DNA of 28,692 bases from Armatimonadota bacterium (GTDB lineage Bacteria > Armatimonadota > Fimbriimonadia > Fimbriimonadales > GBS-DC): contig JBBIJY010000030.1 of assembly GCA_037445735.1 (NCBI GenBank), positions 1 to 28,692 of the forward strand, given 5' to 3'. The notes beneath the pieces are model-generated. The model was not told where the DNA came from, did not search any database, and worked only from the letters and a program-made list of their open reading frames with translations. Made by a program: the position numbers and the translations under genes. Shown one piece after another: positions 9,620-18,106 of the stretch (positions are counted from its first letter, which is position 1; the number at the start of each line of letters is the position of its first letter).

Positions 9620-11422
9620 ATGGCAACGACCACTTTACCGCGCTGGGATATGAGCGTTGTGTATACGGGGCTCGATTCGCCCGAGTTTGAGCGCGATTTT
9701 CGCGCCTTTGCTCGCGCGATTGACGAGCTGGAGGGGCTGTTCGATGAAGCCCGAATCGATCGGATGGAGCAGCCGCTGCCGACGGAGGTGGCGGTGCAGC
9801 TGTTTGATGCGCTGACCCCGCGCTATAATGCCCTGAACGAGCAGGCGTGGACGCTGAACGCCTATATCTACAGTTTCGTAGCGACCGATTCACGGGATGA
9901 GTTTGCGCAGGCGCGCTTGAGCGAGATGGAGAAGCAGATGGTGCGCCTGTCGAAGCTGGGCACGCGCTGGGTCGCCTGGGCGGGCACGCAGGATGTGGAT
10001 GCGCTCATCGAGCGTTCCGAACAGGCGCAGGCGCACGCCTACTGGCTGCGTCGCTGCCAGATTGCCGCCCAGCATATGATGTCGCCTGCTGAAGAGGCGC
10101 TCGCCGCCGAGATGCGCCTCACCGGCAGCAACGCATGGAGCAAGCTCTACGGCAATCTCACCTCGCAGATCCTGGTGGAGATTGAACTGCGTGGTGAGCG
10201 GCAGACGATGCCCATCAGCATGGTGCGCAATCTGGCGTTTGATGCGGACCGCGCGGTGCGGCGCACTGCCTATGAAGCCGAGCTGCGCGCGTGGGAGCAG
10301 CATGCTTTGCCCATCGCCAGCGCGCTCAACAGCATCAAGGGCGAGACCCTCCTGCTGACCCGCAAGCGCGGCTGGGCGTCCCCACTGGAGGAATCGCTCT
10401 TCCGCAGCGCCATCGACGAGGCGACACTGGAGGCGATGTTCACCGCCGCGTACGAGGCGTTTCCCGACTTCCGCCGCTACCTGCACGCCAAAGCGCGGCT
10501 GCTGGGCATCGAGCGGTGCGCGTGGTACGACCTGTTCGCCCCTGTCGGCAAAGAGCCGCGCGCGTGGGACTACACCGAAGCGACACAGTTTATTATTGAG
10601 CATTTCGCTACCTATTCTGATAAGTTGAGCGCGTTTGCGGCGCGGGCGTTCCGCGAGAACTGGATCGATGCCGAGCCGCGCCCTGGCAAGCGCGATGGCG
10701 GTTTCTGCATGCGTTTGCGCCGTGATGAATCGCGCATTCTGGTGAACTACAAGCCCGCCTTCGGCGCAGTCAGCACCTTAGCGCACGAGCTGGGGCACGC
10801 CTATCATAACCTGTGTCTGGCGCCGCGCACCTATATGCAGCGGCAGTTGCCCATGACGCTTGCCGAGACCGCCAGCATCTTCTGCGAGACGATTATCCGT
10901 CAGGCGGCGTTGCGCGATGCTGACCCCGAAGAGCGCATCGCGATTCTGGAAGGCGCCCTGCAGGGCATGTGTCAGGTGGTGGTCGATATCACGAGCCGCT
11001 TTCTGTTCGAGAAGGCGGTGTTCGAGCGGCGGGAGCAGCGCGAGCTGAGCGTGCAGGAGCTATGCATGCTGATGCGGGAGGCGCAGCGCGAGACCTATGG
11101 CGACGGGCTGGACGAGAACGCCCTGCACTCCTATATGTGGGCAGCGAAACCCCACTATTACGGCAGCACCTTCTATAACTATCCCTACATGTTCGGGCTG
11201 CTGTTCGGGCTGGGACTGTACGCGCTCTATGAGGATGACCCTGATGGCTTCCGCGCCCGCTATGATGACCTGCTCTCGCAGACGGGGATGGCGACCGCGG
11301 TCGATCTGGCTCGCGCTTTCGGCTTCGATATTCGCACGCCCGCCTTCTGGCGCAGCAGTTTCGATGTGATTCGTCGCGATATTGAGCAGTTTGCATCCGC
11401 CTGTGAGGCGGGTAAGGATTGA
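9620..11422 (+). CDS. pepF: M3 family oligoendopeptidase (PepF/M3B)
   Basis: WID..PRPGKRDGGFC, TLAHELGHAYH zinc motif, LAETAS, PHYY..FYNYPY.FG, and a GGAGG RBS. Confidence 0.93.
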   Translation: MATTTLPRWDMSVVYTGLDSPEFERDFRAFARAIDELEGLFDEARIDRMEQPLPTEVAVQLFDALTPRYNALNEQAWTLNAYIYSFVATDSRDEFAQARLSEMEKQMVRLSKLGTRWVAWAGTQDVDALIERSEQAQAHAYWLRRCQIAAQHMMSPAEEALAAEMRLTGSNAWSKLYGNLTSQILVEIELRGERQTMPISMVRNLAFDADRAVRRTAYEAELRAWEQHALPIASALNSIKGETLLLTRKRGWASPLEESLFRSAIDEATLEAMFTAAYEAFPDFRRYLHAKARLLGIERCAWYDLFAPVGKEPRAWDYTEATQFIIEHFATYSDKLSAFAARAFRENWIDAEPRPGKRDGGFCMRLRRDESRILVNYKPAFGAVSTLAHELGHAYHNLCLAPRTYMQRQLPMTLAETASIFCETIIRQAALRDADPEERIAILEGALQGMCQVVVDITSRFLFEKAVFERREQRELSVQELCMLMREAQRETYGDGLDENALHSYMWAAKPHYYGSTFYNYPYMFGLLFGLGLYALYEDDPDGFRARYDDLLSQTGMATAVDLARAFGFDIRTPAFWRSSFDVIRRDIEQFASACEAGKD

Positions 11423-11435
11423 AACGAGCAGTTAG

Positions 11436-12797
11436 CTATGCCAGCAGCTGGGCGAGCGGGCGATTGAGCGCGTCGAGGACGGCGGCGGCGGCGCTGCGCG
11501 GCACATCGTCGCGCACCAGCGTGCTGCCCACCAGCTCCTGGCGCGTCTCGTCCGACTCCCAGAGCAGCACCGCGTTAATGATGGTGCGCCCTTCGTCGAC
11601 GGTTGCCTGCGTGATAGAGAGCAGGGTGATCGAAACGGTGGCGGGCAGTCGGGTTCGCAGGGCGTTGAGGGTGGCTTCGGCGACGAGTCGGAGCGGGTTC
11701 GGCTCGCCTTCGGCGGAGCCGCTGAGCGGTGTGCCATCGATTTGCAGGTAGACCCGTGCCTGGGCGCGGCGCCCCTCGCGTTCGTAGCTGACGCTCTGGA
11801 TGCGCACGCGCCGTTCGGGTGGGCGCGTTTCCACCGCCGCCTGAATCGGCAGCGCGAGCTGAGCGCCCTGCGATGGCGCTTGCGACGCCTTCATCATCAG
11901 GCACTCCTGGCTGGCGAGATTGATGAGGTTGTCCACGGTGGCGGCGTAGTGGACCTGCTCGCGCTCGCGGGTGCGCTTGCCACCCTGATAGCCGTAGGAG
12001 GCGGTGATGGGCGTGTCCACATCGGGCAACTCGATGGCGGTGATCTGACGGCTGATATGGTGCGCCAGCAAGCCTGCTTCCTCGCGACGGCGCAGCGTGG
12101 CTATCGCGAACTCGTCGCCACCCCAGCGGCACACCACCTCCGTTTCAGGGTCGGTCTCCGCCTGCAGCACCTGCGCCACCCGACGCAACACCTCATCGCC
12201 TACCAGATGCCCGTACCGCTTGTTAAACATGCCGAAGTTATCCAGGTCAAAGAAGATAATGCTGATTTCGCGTCCGTGCGAGAGCTGTTCGATGCTCCAT
12301 TCGCGCAGGAAGTCGGACCATGGCAGCCCTGTCATGGGGTCGTGGCTGCGCCCGATTTCGGGCAGTAGATCGTACACGGTGAGCAGCCCTACCAATTGCC
12401 CTTCCTGGGCTACGGGCAGGGTGGTGTGGCGGTGCTGGCTGAACCAATCGGCGGCGGTTTTGAGGGGCGTTTCTGGTGAAAGTACGGGGATGTCGGTCTG
12501 CATGAGGGTCTTCACGGGCTGATCGGGCGGGGCGCCGAGCAGCTGCTGCAGTTCGAGCATGCCGCGGATTTCGCCGCTTTCAATCACTGGCAACCCGCTC
12601 AGTCCGTGTCCGCGCAGCAGGATCAGGGCGGTCTCCACCGTGTGATCGGGGTTGACCCAGACCCGTACTGGTTTGATGAGATGAGCGATTGTGCGCATAG
12701 GCAGCTCGCGCGTTGGGCGCGGCGTCGAACGGTGGTTCACTCCTTTGCCAGAGAAGGGCAACAACCCTTCCACCACCTTCAGTGCCCGCGAGTTCAC
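11436..12797 (-). CDS. Diguanylate cyclase: CBS pair + GGDEF + C-terminal alpha/beta domain
   Basis: CBS repeats (LSGLPVIE, TLPVAQEGQLVGLLT), DPMTGLP, DLDNF..FNKRYGHLVGDEVL, intact RWGGDEF. GGAGG RBS before GTG 12797, alternative ATG 12698. Confidence 0.9.
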   Translation of the reverse strand: MNSRALKVVEGLLPFSGKGVNHRSTPRPTRELPMRTIAHLIKPVRVWVNPDHTVETALILLRGHGLSGLPVIESGEIRGMLELQQLLGAPPDQPVKTLMQTDIPVLSPETPLKTAADWFSQHRHTTLPVAQEGQLVGLLTVYDLLPEIGRSHDPMTGLPWSDFLREWSIEQLSHGREISIIFFDLDNFGMFNKRYGHLVGDEVLRRVAQVLQAETDPETEVVCRWGGDEFAIATLRRREEAGLLAHHISRQITAIELPDVDTPITASYGYQGGKRTREREQVHYAATVDNLINLASQECLMMKASQAPSQGAQLALPIQAAVETRPPERRVRIQSVSYEREGRRAQARVYLQIDGTPLSGSAEGEPNPLRLVAEATLNALRTRLPATVSITLLSITQATVDEGRTIINAVLLWESDETRQELVGSTLVRDDVPRSAAAAVLDALNRPLAQLLA

Positions 12798-12946
12798 TGC
12801 TTCGCCTCCATGCCTGACCTTTAGCCTCGGATGGGCTGCATGCATGAGGGCGCCGTTTGCGCTTCGGCTGCCCCCATCCATGATACACGCCGTTGGACGA
12901 TTCGGTACCCTGTAAAGATACGGGATTTGGCAGGCATTTCCTGCTG

Positions 12947-14236
12947 TTATGCGGCATGGGGTTGTTCGGCGCGGTTGACACTCAGGCGTTGCTCGGCGAG
13001 GGTCAGAATCGCCTCGCAATCGTTGCCCTCATCGGGGTAGTAAGCCCAGCCGTAGCGCACGGTGAACCGTGCCGCGAGGTTCGTGGCGAAGCTGGTCTGC
13101 AGCCACTCCTGCAGGGCTTCGTACACGCGCTCGGCGACGGCAGGGGTGTGTTCGCCGGCATAGGGCAACAGCACGCCCAGCATCGCCTGCCCGTAGCGCC
13201 CGATGATGTCCGCCTTGCGCACCACCTGCCGCACAATCGCCGACGCCTGCAGCAGCAGCTCGCCAATCGCCAGTTCGCCCAGCGTGTGGAGCAGCTGCCG
13301 ATCGCACACGAACTCGAAGATGGCGAACCCGACGGCGTTCTGATAGCGGGCGGAGCGCTGCAGCTCCTCACGCAGGCGCACCTGCAGATAGTCCGCAGAA
13401 TACATTCCCGTTTGCGGGTCCAGGATGCGCGCTTCGAACTCGCCGCGCGCCTCCGCCCGCGCCCGCATCCGCTGCTGGTCTATCCACTCCTCTTCGCTGA
13501 TGATACGGCGCAGCTTCTGCGTCGCGTTGCGCAGAATGTGCGACACATAGTTGCAGGAGATGCCCAGCCGATGGGCGATCTCGGTCTGATTGTAGCCCTC
13601 GTTGAAGAACAGGTGCAGAACCTGCTGTTCAATCTGCTTGAGGCGCTGCATCGCGCTCTCCACCACGAGGCGCTCCTCTATCGGCAGGTTGAACCCGTGA
13701 ATCGATTCGACGGGCAGCTTCTCCAGGTCATAGCCGTAGCCGTCCTCGTCTTCATCGTCTTCGATCGCATCGAGGGAGCTGACCTTGAATACCTCGCGGG
13801 TGAGCAGCACCTCCTCGACGGCTTTGGGCGTCATGCCCAGAAAGTCGGCAATCTGCTGGATGGTGGGCGGCTGACCCAGCTGAGCTGTGAGTTCATTAAT
13901 CACACGGTTGATTTTGGAGTTGAGTTCCTGCAGCCAGGCGGGTTCCTTGATGATTTTGCCCTTGTCGCGCAGGTAGTGCTTGATCTGTCCGATGATGAGG
14001 TGCGTCGCGTAGGTGGTGAACTTCACGCCCTTGCCCGGATCGTATAAATCCAGCGCGTTGAGCAAGCCGAGATAGCCCTCCTGGATCAGGTCTTCGATGG
14101 GTTCGCCAGAGCCGATAAATTTGCGGGCGACGCTTTCGACCAGACCCGACAGCTGGATGGTGATCATGTCGCGCACATTCAGGTCGCGCGTGCGACAATA
14201 TTCCTGCACCAGCTCTTCCGTGTCGTACTTCTTCAT
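12947..14236 (-). CDS. SigB/SigF/SigG-type sigma factor fused to a degenerate GGDEF domain
   Basis: Region 2 EDLIQEGYLGLLNALDLYDPGKGVKFTTYATHLIIGQIKHYLRD, region 3 PTIQQIA, region 4 NQTEIAHRLGISCNYVS, then DPQTG...RLREELQRSARY...RKADIIGRYGQAML. AGGAGG RBS. Confidence 0.92.
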   Translation of the reverse strand: MKKYDTEELVQEYCRTRDLNVRDMITIQLSGLVESVARKFIGSGEPIEDLIQEGYLGLLNALDLYDPGKGVKFTTYATHLIIGQIKHYLRDKGKIIKEPAWLQELNSKINRVINELTAQLGQPPTIQQIADFLGMTPKAVEEVLLTREVFKVSSLDAIEDDEDEDGYGYDLEKLPVESIHGFNLPIEERLVVESAMQRLKQIEQQVLHLFFNEGYNQTEIAHRLGISCNYVSHILRNATQKLRRIISEEEWIDQQRMRARAEARGEFEARILDPQTGMYSADYLQVRLREELQRSARYQNAVGFAIFEFVCDRQLLHTLGELAIGELLLQASAIVRQVVRKADIIGRYGQAMLGVLLPYAGEHTPAVAERVYEALQEWLQTSFATNLAARFTVRYGWAYYPDEGNDCEAILTLAEQRLSVNRAEQPHAA

Positions 14237-14284
14237 GTTCGCTCCTCCTGAGCCAACGAGCCTCCATGGTTTCGGATGAGGTTG

Positions 14285-14474
14285 CCCTCACCCCCGTGCC
14301 CCCTCTCCCACACTGTGGGAGAGGGGGTTCCAGCCACCCTCTCCCCGGAGGGGAAAGGGAGTGCCTTTGCCCTCGCCCCATGTGGGGGAGAGGGTCTGGG
14401 TGAGGGGGGTCGCTCACCGTGCGCCTGCGATATGCCCCTCACCCCAACCCCCTCTCCCCAGAGGGGAGAGGGGG
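14285..14474. repeat. Cluster of four REP-like palindromes
   Basis: Units of the CCCTCACCCC..CCCTCTCCC-N-GGGAGAGGG type in both orientations, e.g. CCCCCTCTCCCACACTGTGGGAGAGGGGG (14299-14327). Confidence 0.85.
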
Positions 14475-14479
14475 AGAGT

Positions 14480-15691
14480 TTATTGAATGGCGCTGACCAG
14501 TTTGAACATCGGCATCATGATGGAGATGGCGATGAAGCCGACGATGCCGCCCAGAAACACAATCAGCATCGGTTCGATCATCGAGGTCAGCCCCTTGATG
14601 GCGGCGTCCACCTCCTGCTCATAGAAGTCGGCGATGCGCACCATCATCTCGGAGAGTCGACCCGACTCCTCGCCGATGTCCATCATGTGGATGACCATCG
14701 GCGGGAACAGCCCGGTGGCGGCGAACGGCGTGCTGAGTGGCTGACCCTCGCGGATGCTGGAGCGCGTGCCCTCGATGGCGGCAGCCAGCACCGCGTTGCC
14801 GGAGGTCTCGCCGACAATCTCCAGCGTGCGCATCAGCGGCACCCCACTGGCGACCAGCGTGCCGAAGGTGCGGGCAAAACGCGCCACCGCCAGCTTCAGC
14901 ACCAGATCGCCCAAAATCGGCATCTTCAGCTTGAAGTAGTCATACTGATAGCGTCCCTTGGGCGTACGGATGTAGCGACGCAACACCAGCAGACCACCAA
15001 CGATGGCACCCGCCAGCGCCCACCAGTAGCTCACGAGGAAATCGCTCGCCGCAAACAGAAACTGCGTGGTGGCGGGCATCTCCACCTTCATGCTGTCGAA
15101 TATCTCCTTGAACTTCGGCAGCACGAACATAAAAATTGCAATCAGCACCAGAAAGGAGAAGATCAGCACCATCACGGGGTACATCATCGCCGATTTGACC
15201 TTCTGGCGCACCTCCAGGTCCTTCTCCAGAAAGGTCGCCAGTCGGTCGAGAATCTGATCCAGGATACCGGCGACCTCGGCGGCGCGCACCATGTTCACAT
15301 AGAGCGTGGAGAAGACGCCAGGGTGTTTTTCGAGTGCCTCGTTGAGCGCCATGCCCGCCTTGACATCTTTCCGCACGGTGTCGAGTGCGTGCTTGAGCGC
15401 GGCATCTCGGGTCTGGCTGTGCAGGATGTCGAGGCAGCGCAGGATGGGGATGCCCGCGTCGATCATGGTGGCGAACTGTCGGGAGAAGACGACCATCGCC
15501 TGCAGTTTGGGCTTTTTGGGCTTGCGAAGGGTGCTGAAGGTTGCCACCCGCGCTTTTTGCGGGGTGACGCGCACCACATGCAGCCCCTGCTCGTGCAGGC
15601 GACTGATCAGCAGCTGTTCGCTGTCGACCTCTAAAGTGCCGCGCAGGGTGCGCCCGCTGGAGTCGATGGCTTCGTACGAATAGAGTGGCAT
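14480..15691 (-). CDS. pilC: Type IV pilus / T2SS platform protein (PilC/GspF family)
   Basis: YSYEAID..G, FSRQFATMIDAG, KVKSAMMYP, GEESGRL, IEPMLIV and three TM segments. Confidence 0.95.
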   Translation of the reverse strand: MPLYSYEAIDSSGRTLRGTLEVDSEQLLISRLHEQGLHVVRVTPQKARVATFSTLRKPKKPKLQAMVVFSRQFATMIDAGIPILRCLDILHSQTRDAALKHALDTVRKDVKAGMALNEALEKHPGVFSTLYVNMVRAAEVAGILDQILDRLATFLEKDLEVRQKVKSAMMYPVMVLIFSFLVLIAIFMFVLPKFKEIFDSMKVEMPATTQFLFAASDFLVSYWWALAGAIVGGLLVLRRYIRTPKGRYQYDYFKLKMPILGDLVLKLAVARFARTFGTLVASGVPLMRTLEIVGETSGNAVLAAAIEGTRSSIREGQPLSTPFAATGLFPPMVIHMMDIGEESGRLSEMMVRIADFYEQEVDAAIKGLTSMIEPMLIVFLGGIVGFIAISIMMPMFKLVSAIQ

Positions 15692-15703
15692 CGCTTCGCC
15701 TCC

Positions 15704-16882
15704 TTAGCCTGCCATCTTCAGTAGATGGGTGAAGTTCTCTTTGTCCATCGCGCGGTTGATGGCTTCTTCGAAGCTGATGTAGCCGTTGCGGTGCAGGTCG
15801 GCAAGAGCGCGATCCATCGTGATCATGCCCTGGTTCGCGCTGGTCTCCATGATGGAGTAAATCTGGTGGGTTTTGCCCTCGCGAATGAGGTTGCGGATGG
15901 CGGCGTTGGCAATCATCACTTCAATAGCGGCGATGCGCCCACCACCCAGCATCGGGATCAGCTGTTGCGCGAAGACCGCCTCGATGGTGTTCGCCAGCAG
16001 CACGCGAATCTGCTCCTGCTGATGCGGTGGGAACACATCGATGATTCGGTCGATGGTCTGGGGCGCGTTTCGGGTGTGCAGGGTCGCGAACACGAGGTGC
16101 CCCGTCTCAGCCAGGGTGAGCGCCGCCTGAATGGTCTCCAGGTCACGCATCTCGCCGATCAGGATCACATCGGGGTCTTCGCGCAGCACTGCGCGTAGCG
16201 CGTTATGAAAGCTCTCGGTATCGCTGTGCACCTCGCGCTGATTGACCATCGCTCGCTTGTGCGTGTGCAGATATTCGATCGGGTCTTCGATGGTCATAAT
16301 GTGGCACGAGCGCGTCTGATTGATGAGGTCGATCATGCAGGCGAGCGTGGTCGACTTTCCAGAGCCGGTGGGTCCCGTTACCAGAATCAGCCCGCTGTGC
16401 TTTTTGACCAGTTCATAGATGACGGTCGGCAGGCGCAGCGATTCGATGGAGGGGATTCGGGATGGGATGACGCGCATGGCGGCGCCGACGCTACCCCGCT
16501 GCATATAGACATTAAAGCGGAATCGGGCGACGCCATGCACCGAGTAGGCGAAGTCGAGTTCGTGATGGCGTTCGAACTGCTCCAGTTGCTGGTCGTTCAG
16601 CACATCGTAGACCAGTCGGCGTGTGTCGCTGGGAGTCAGCGGTTTGTAGGGGAGCGGGGTCAGCTGCCCGTTCAGGCGGATGGTGGGCGGTAGTCCGACG
16701 GTGATGTGCAGGTCGGAGCCGCCGCGCTCCACGCACTCGCGCAGGAGATCGTCGAGAATCACATCGTCGACGGGTTTCTCTTCGCCTGCGACGCACAGTT
16801 CCACATCGGTGGCGCCTGCAGGCTGTTCGGTCGATTCGTCCGATTCGAGCCCTACCAGTTTTCTCCAGTCGAAGCCTTCCAT
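15704..16882 (-). CDS. pilT: Type IV pilus retraction ATPase
   Basis: GSDLH, Walker A GPTGSGKSTT, TIEDPIE, LREDPDVILIGEMRD, ETGHLVFATLH and the PilT-specific AIRNLIRE. Confidence 0.96.
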   Translation of the reverse strand: MEGFDWRKLVGLESDESTEQPAGATDVELCVAGEEKPVDDVILDDLLRECVERGGSDLHITVGLPPTIRLNGQLTPLPYKPLTPSDTRRLVYDVLNDQQLEQFERHHELDFAYSVHGVARFRFNVYMQRGSVGAAMRVIPSRIPSIESLRLPTVIYELVKKHSGLILVTGPTGSGKSTTLACMIDLINQTRSCHIMTIEDPIEYLHTHKRAMVNQREVHSDTESFHNALRAVLREDPDVILIGEMRDLETIQAALTLAETGHLVFATLHTRNAPQTIDRIIDVFPPHQQEQIRVLLANTIEAVFAQQLIPMLGGGRIAAIEVMIANAAIRNLIREGKTHQIYSIMETSANQGMITMDRALADLHRNGYISFEEAINRAMDKENFTHLLKMAG

Positions 16883-17020
16883 AGCGTGAACCCCCCTCAA
16901 CGGGGCGCGATGACCGCGCCCGTATCTGGCTGGCGAGCGTGGTGGTGTCCTGGCTTGCCCGCTGCCATAAGCCTATTTTGGCAGTGGGCGTCGGAAACTT
17001 TATGCCTTTCCCCCTCGGCG

Positions 17021-18055
17021 TCAGATGATCTGCACCTCGCGGGGACCGCGCTGCACCTCGCCGATGAGCCATGCGGTCTCGCCCGCCCGCTGGAGCGCAT
17101 CCAGAATCTCGCCGATGCGCTCGCGCGCCACAATCAGCACAAAGCCGATGCCCATGTTGAACACGCGGAACATCTCGGCGTCGGGCACATTGCCCAGCTG
17201 CTGAATGAGCTGAAAGAGGGGTGGCACCTCCCAGCTGCGTCGGTCGATGGCGATTCGCAGGTCGCTGGGCAGCACGCGCGGGATGTTTTCGTACAGCCCG
17301 CCGCCCGTGATGTGCGCCATGCCGTGAATCGCGCCTGTCTCCAGCAGGGGATAGACAGCGTGGAAGTAGCTGCGGTGCGGTAATAGCAACGCCTCGCCCA
17401 GCATCAGACCCACTTCGGGCAGGTATTCATCCACGCGCAGGTTCGCCACCTCGAACAGCACTTTGCGGGCGAGCGAATAGCCGTTGGTGTGCAAGCCGTT
17501 GGAGGCGATGCCGATGACGGCGTCGCCCACATTCACCTGTGCGGGCGTCGGGATGCGTGCGCGCTCCGCGATGCCGATAATACAGCCTGCCACATCGATT
17601 TCGCCAGGCATATACACATCGGGCATTTCGGCGGTCTCACCGCCAATCAGCGCGATGCCGTGCGCCTGACACGCTTCCGCCGCGCCCTCCACCACCTGCG
17701 TCAGCACCTCTGGCTCCAGCTTCGCCATCGCCAGATAGTCCAGAAACAGCAGGGGGCGCGCCGCATGCACCAGCAGGTCGTTGACCCCATGCACCACCAC
17801 ATCGTGCCCCAGAACGCGATAGCTGTTCATCATGCGGGCGACACGTACCTTCGTGCCCACGCCATCGATGCTGGCGACCAGCACGGGCTGCTCCAAACCT
17901 TCGGTTTGCAGTTGCATACAGCCCGCGAACGCGCCCAGCTCGGTCAGCACAGCAGGCGTGAAGGTGCGATGGACGCTCTCCTTGATCTGGGTGAGGGCGC
18001 GGTTCATGGCGTCGATATCGACGCCCGCATCCCGATAGGTGTACTCTTCTGGCAT
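17021..18055 (-). CDS. purM: Phosphoribosylformylglycinamidine cyclo-ligase (AIR synthase)
   Basis: YRDAGVDID, DGVGTK, GGETAEMP, SNGLHTNGYSLARK, HITGGG, FNMGIG. Confidence 0.97.
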   Translation of the reverse strand: MPEEYTYRDAGVDIDAMNRALTQIKESVHRTFTPAVLTELGAFAGCMQLQTEGLEQPVLVASIDGVGTKVRVARMMNSYRVLGHDVVVHGVNDLLVHAARPLLFLDYLAMAKLEPEVLTQVVEGAAEACQAHGIALIGGETAEMPDVYMPGEIDVAGCIIGIAERARIPTPAQVNVGDAVIGIASNGLHTNGYSLARKVLFEVANLRVDEYLPEVGLMLGEALLLPHRSYFHAVYPLLETGAIHGMAHITGGGLYENIPRVLPSDLRIAIDRRSWEVPPLFQLIQQLGNVPDAEMFRVFNMGIGFVLIVARERIGEILDALQRAGETAWLIGEVQRGPREVQII

Positions 18056-18061
18056 GCTTGC

Positions 18062-18069
18062 AGTATACC
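18062..18069 (-). promoter_or_regulatory. -10 element 6 nt upstream of the purM ATG (probable leaderless mRNA)
   Basis: GGTATACT-gcaagc-ATG with no Shine-Dalgarno. Confidence 0.6.
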
Positions 18070-18106
18070 CTGCGTGGACCGGGCGTCGCCGCCCGGGCAT
18101 AACAGG

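Noticed and set aside
12730-12885. c-di-GMP riboswitch upstream of the cyclase (GAAGCAGTGA..CGGGCACT, GGATGGG/CCCATCC stems)
   Set aside because: Only partial resemblance to class II, the downstream pairing elements do not match, and much of it is better explained as RBS plus coding sequence from GTG 12797.
14285-14474. CRISPR array
   Set aside because: Units vary in sequence and orientation, with no regular spacers and no cas genes.
14276-15634. Long antisense ORFs (e.g. 14276-15634 +, 17489-18820 +, 12893-14047 +, 3083-4129 +)
   Set aside because: Shadow frames of well-supported GC-rich genes, with no recognisable motifs.
18079-18096. Intrinsic terminator after the TMTC-like gene (CCGGGCG-N4-CGCCCGG)
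   Set aside because: The hairpin is real but lacks a U-tract on either strand.
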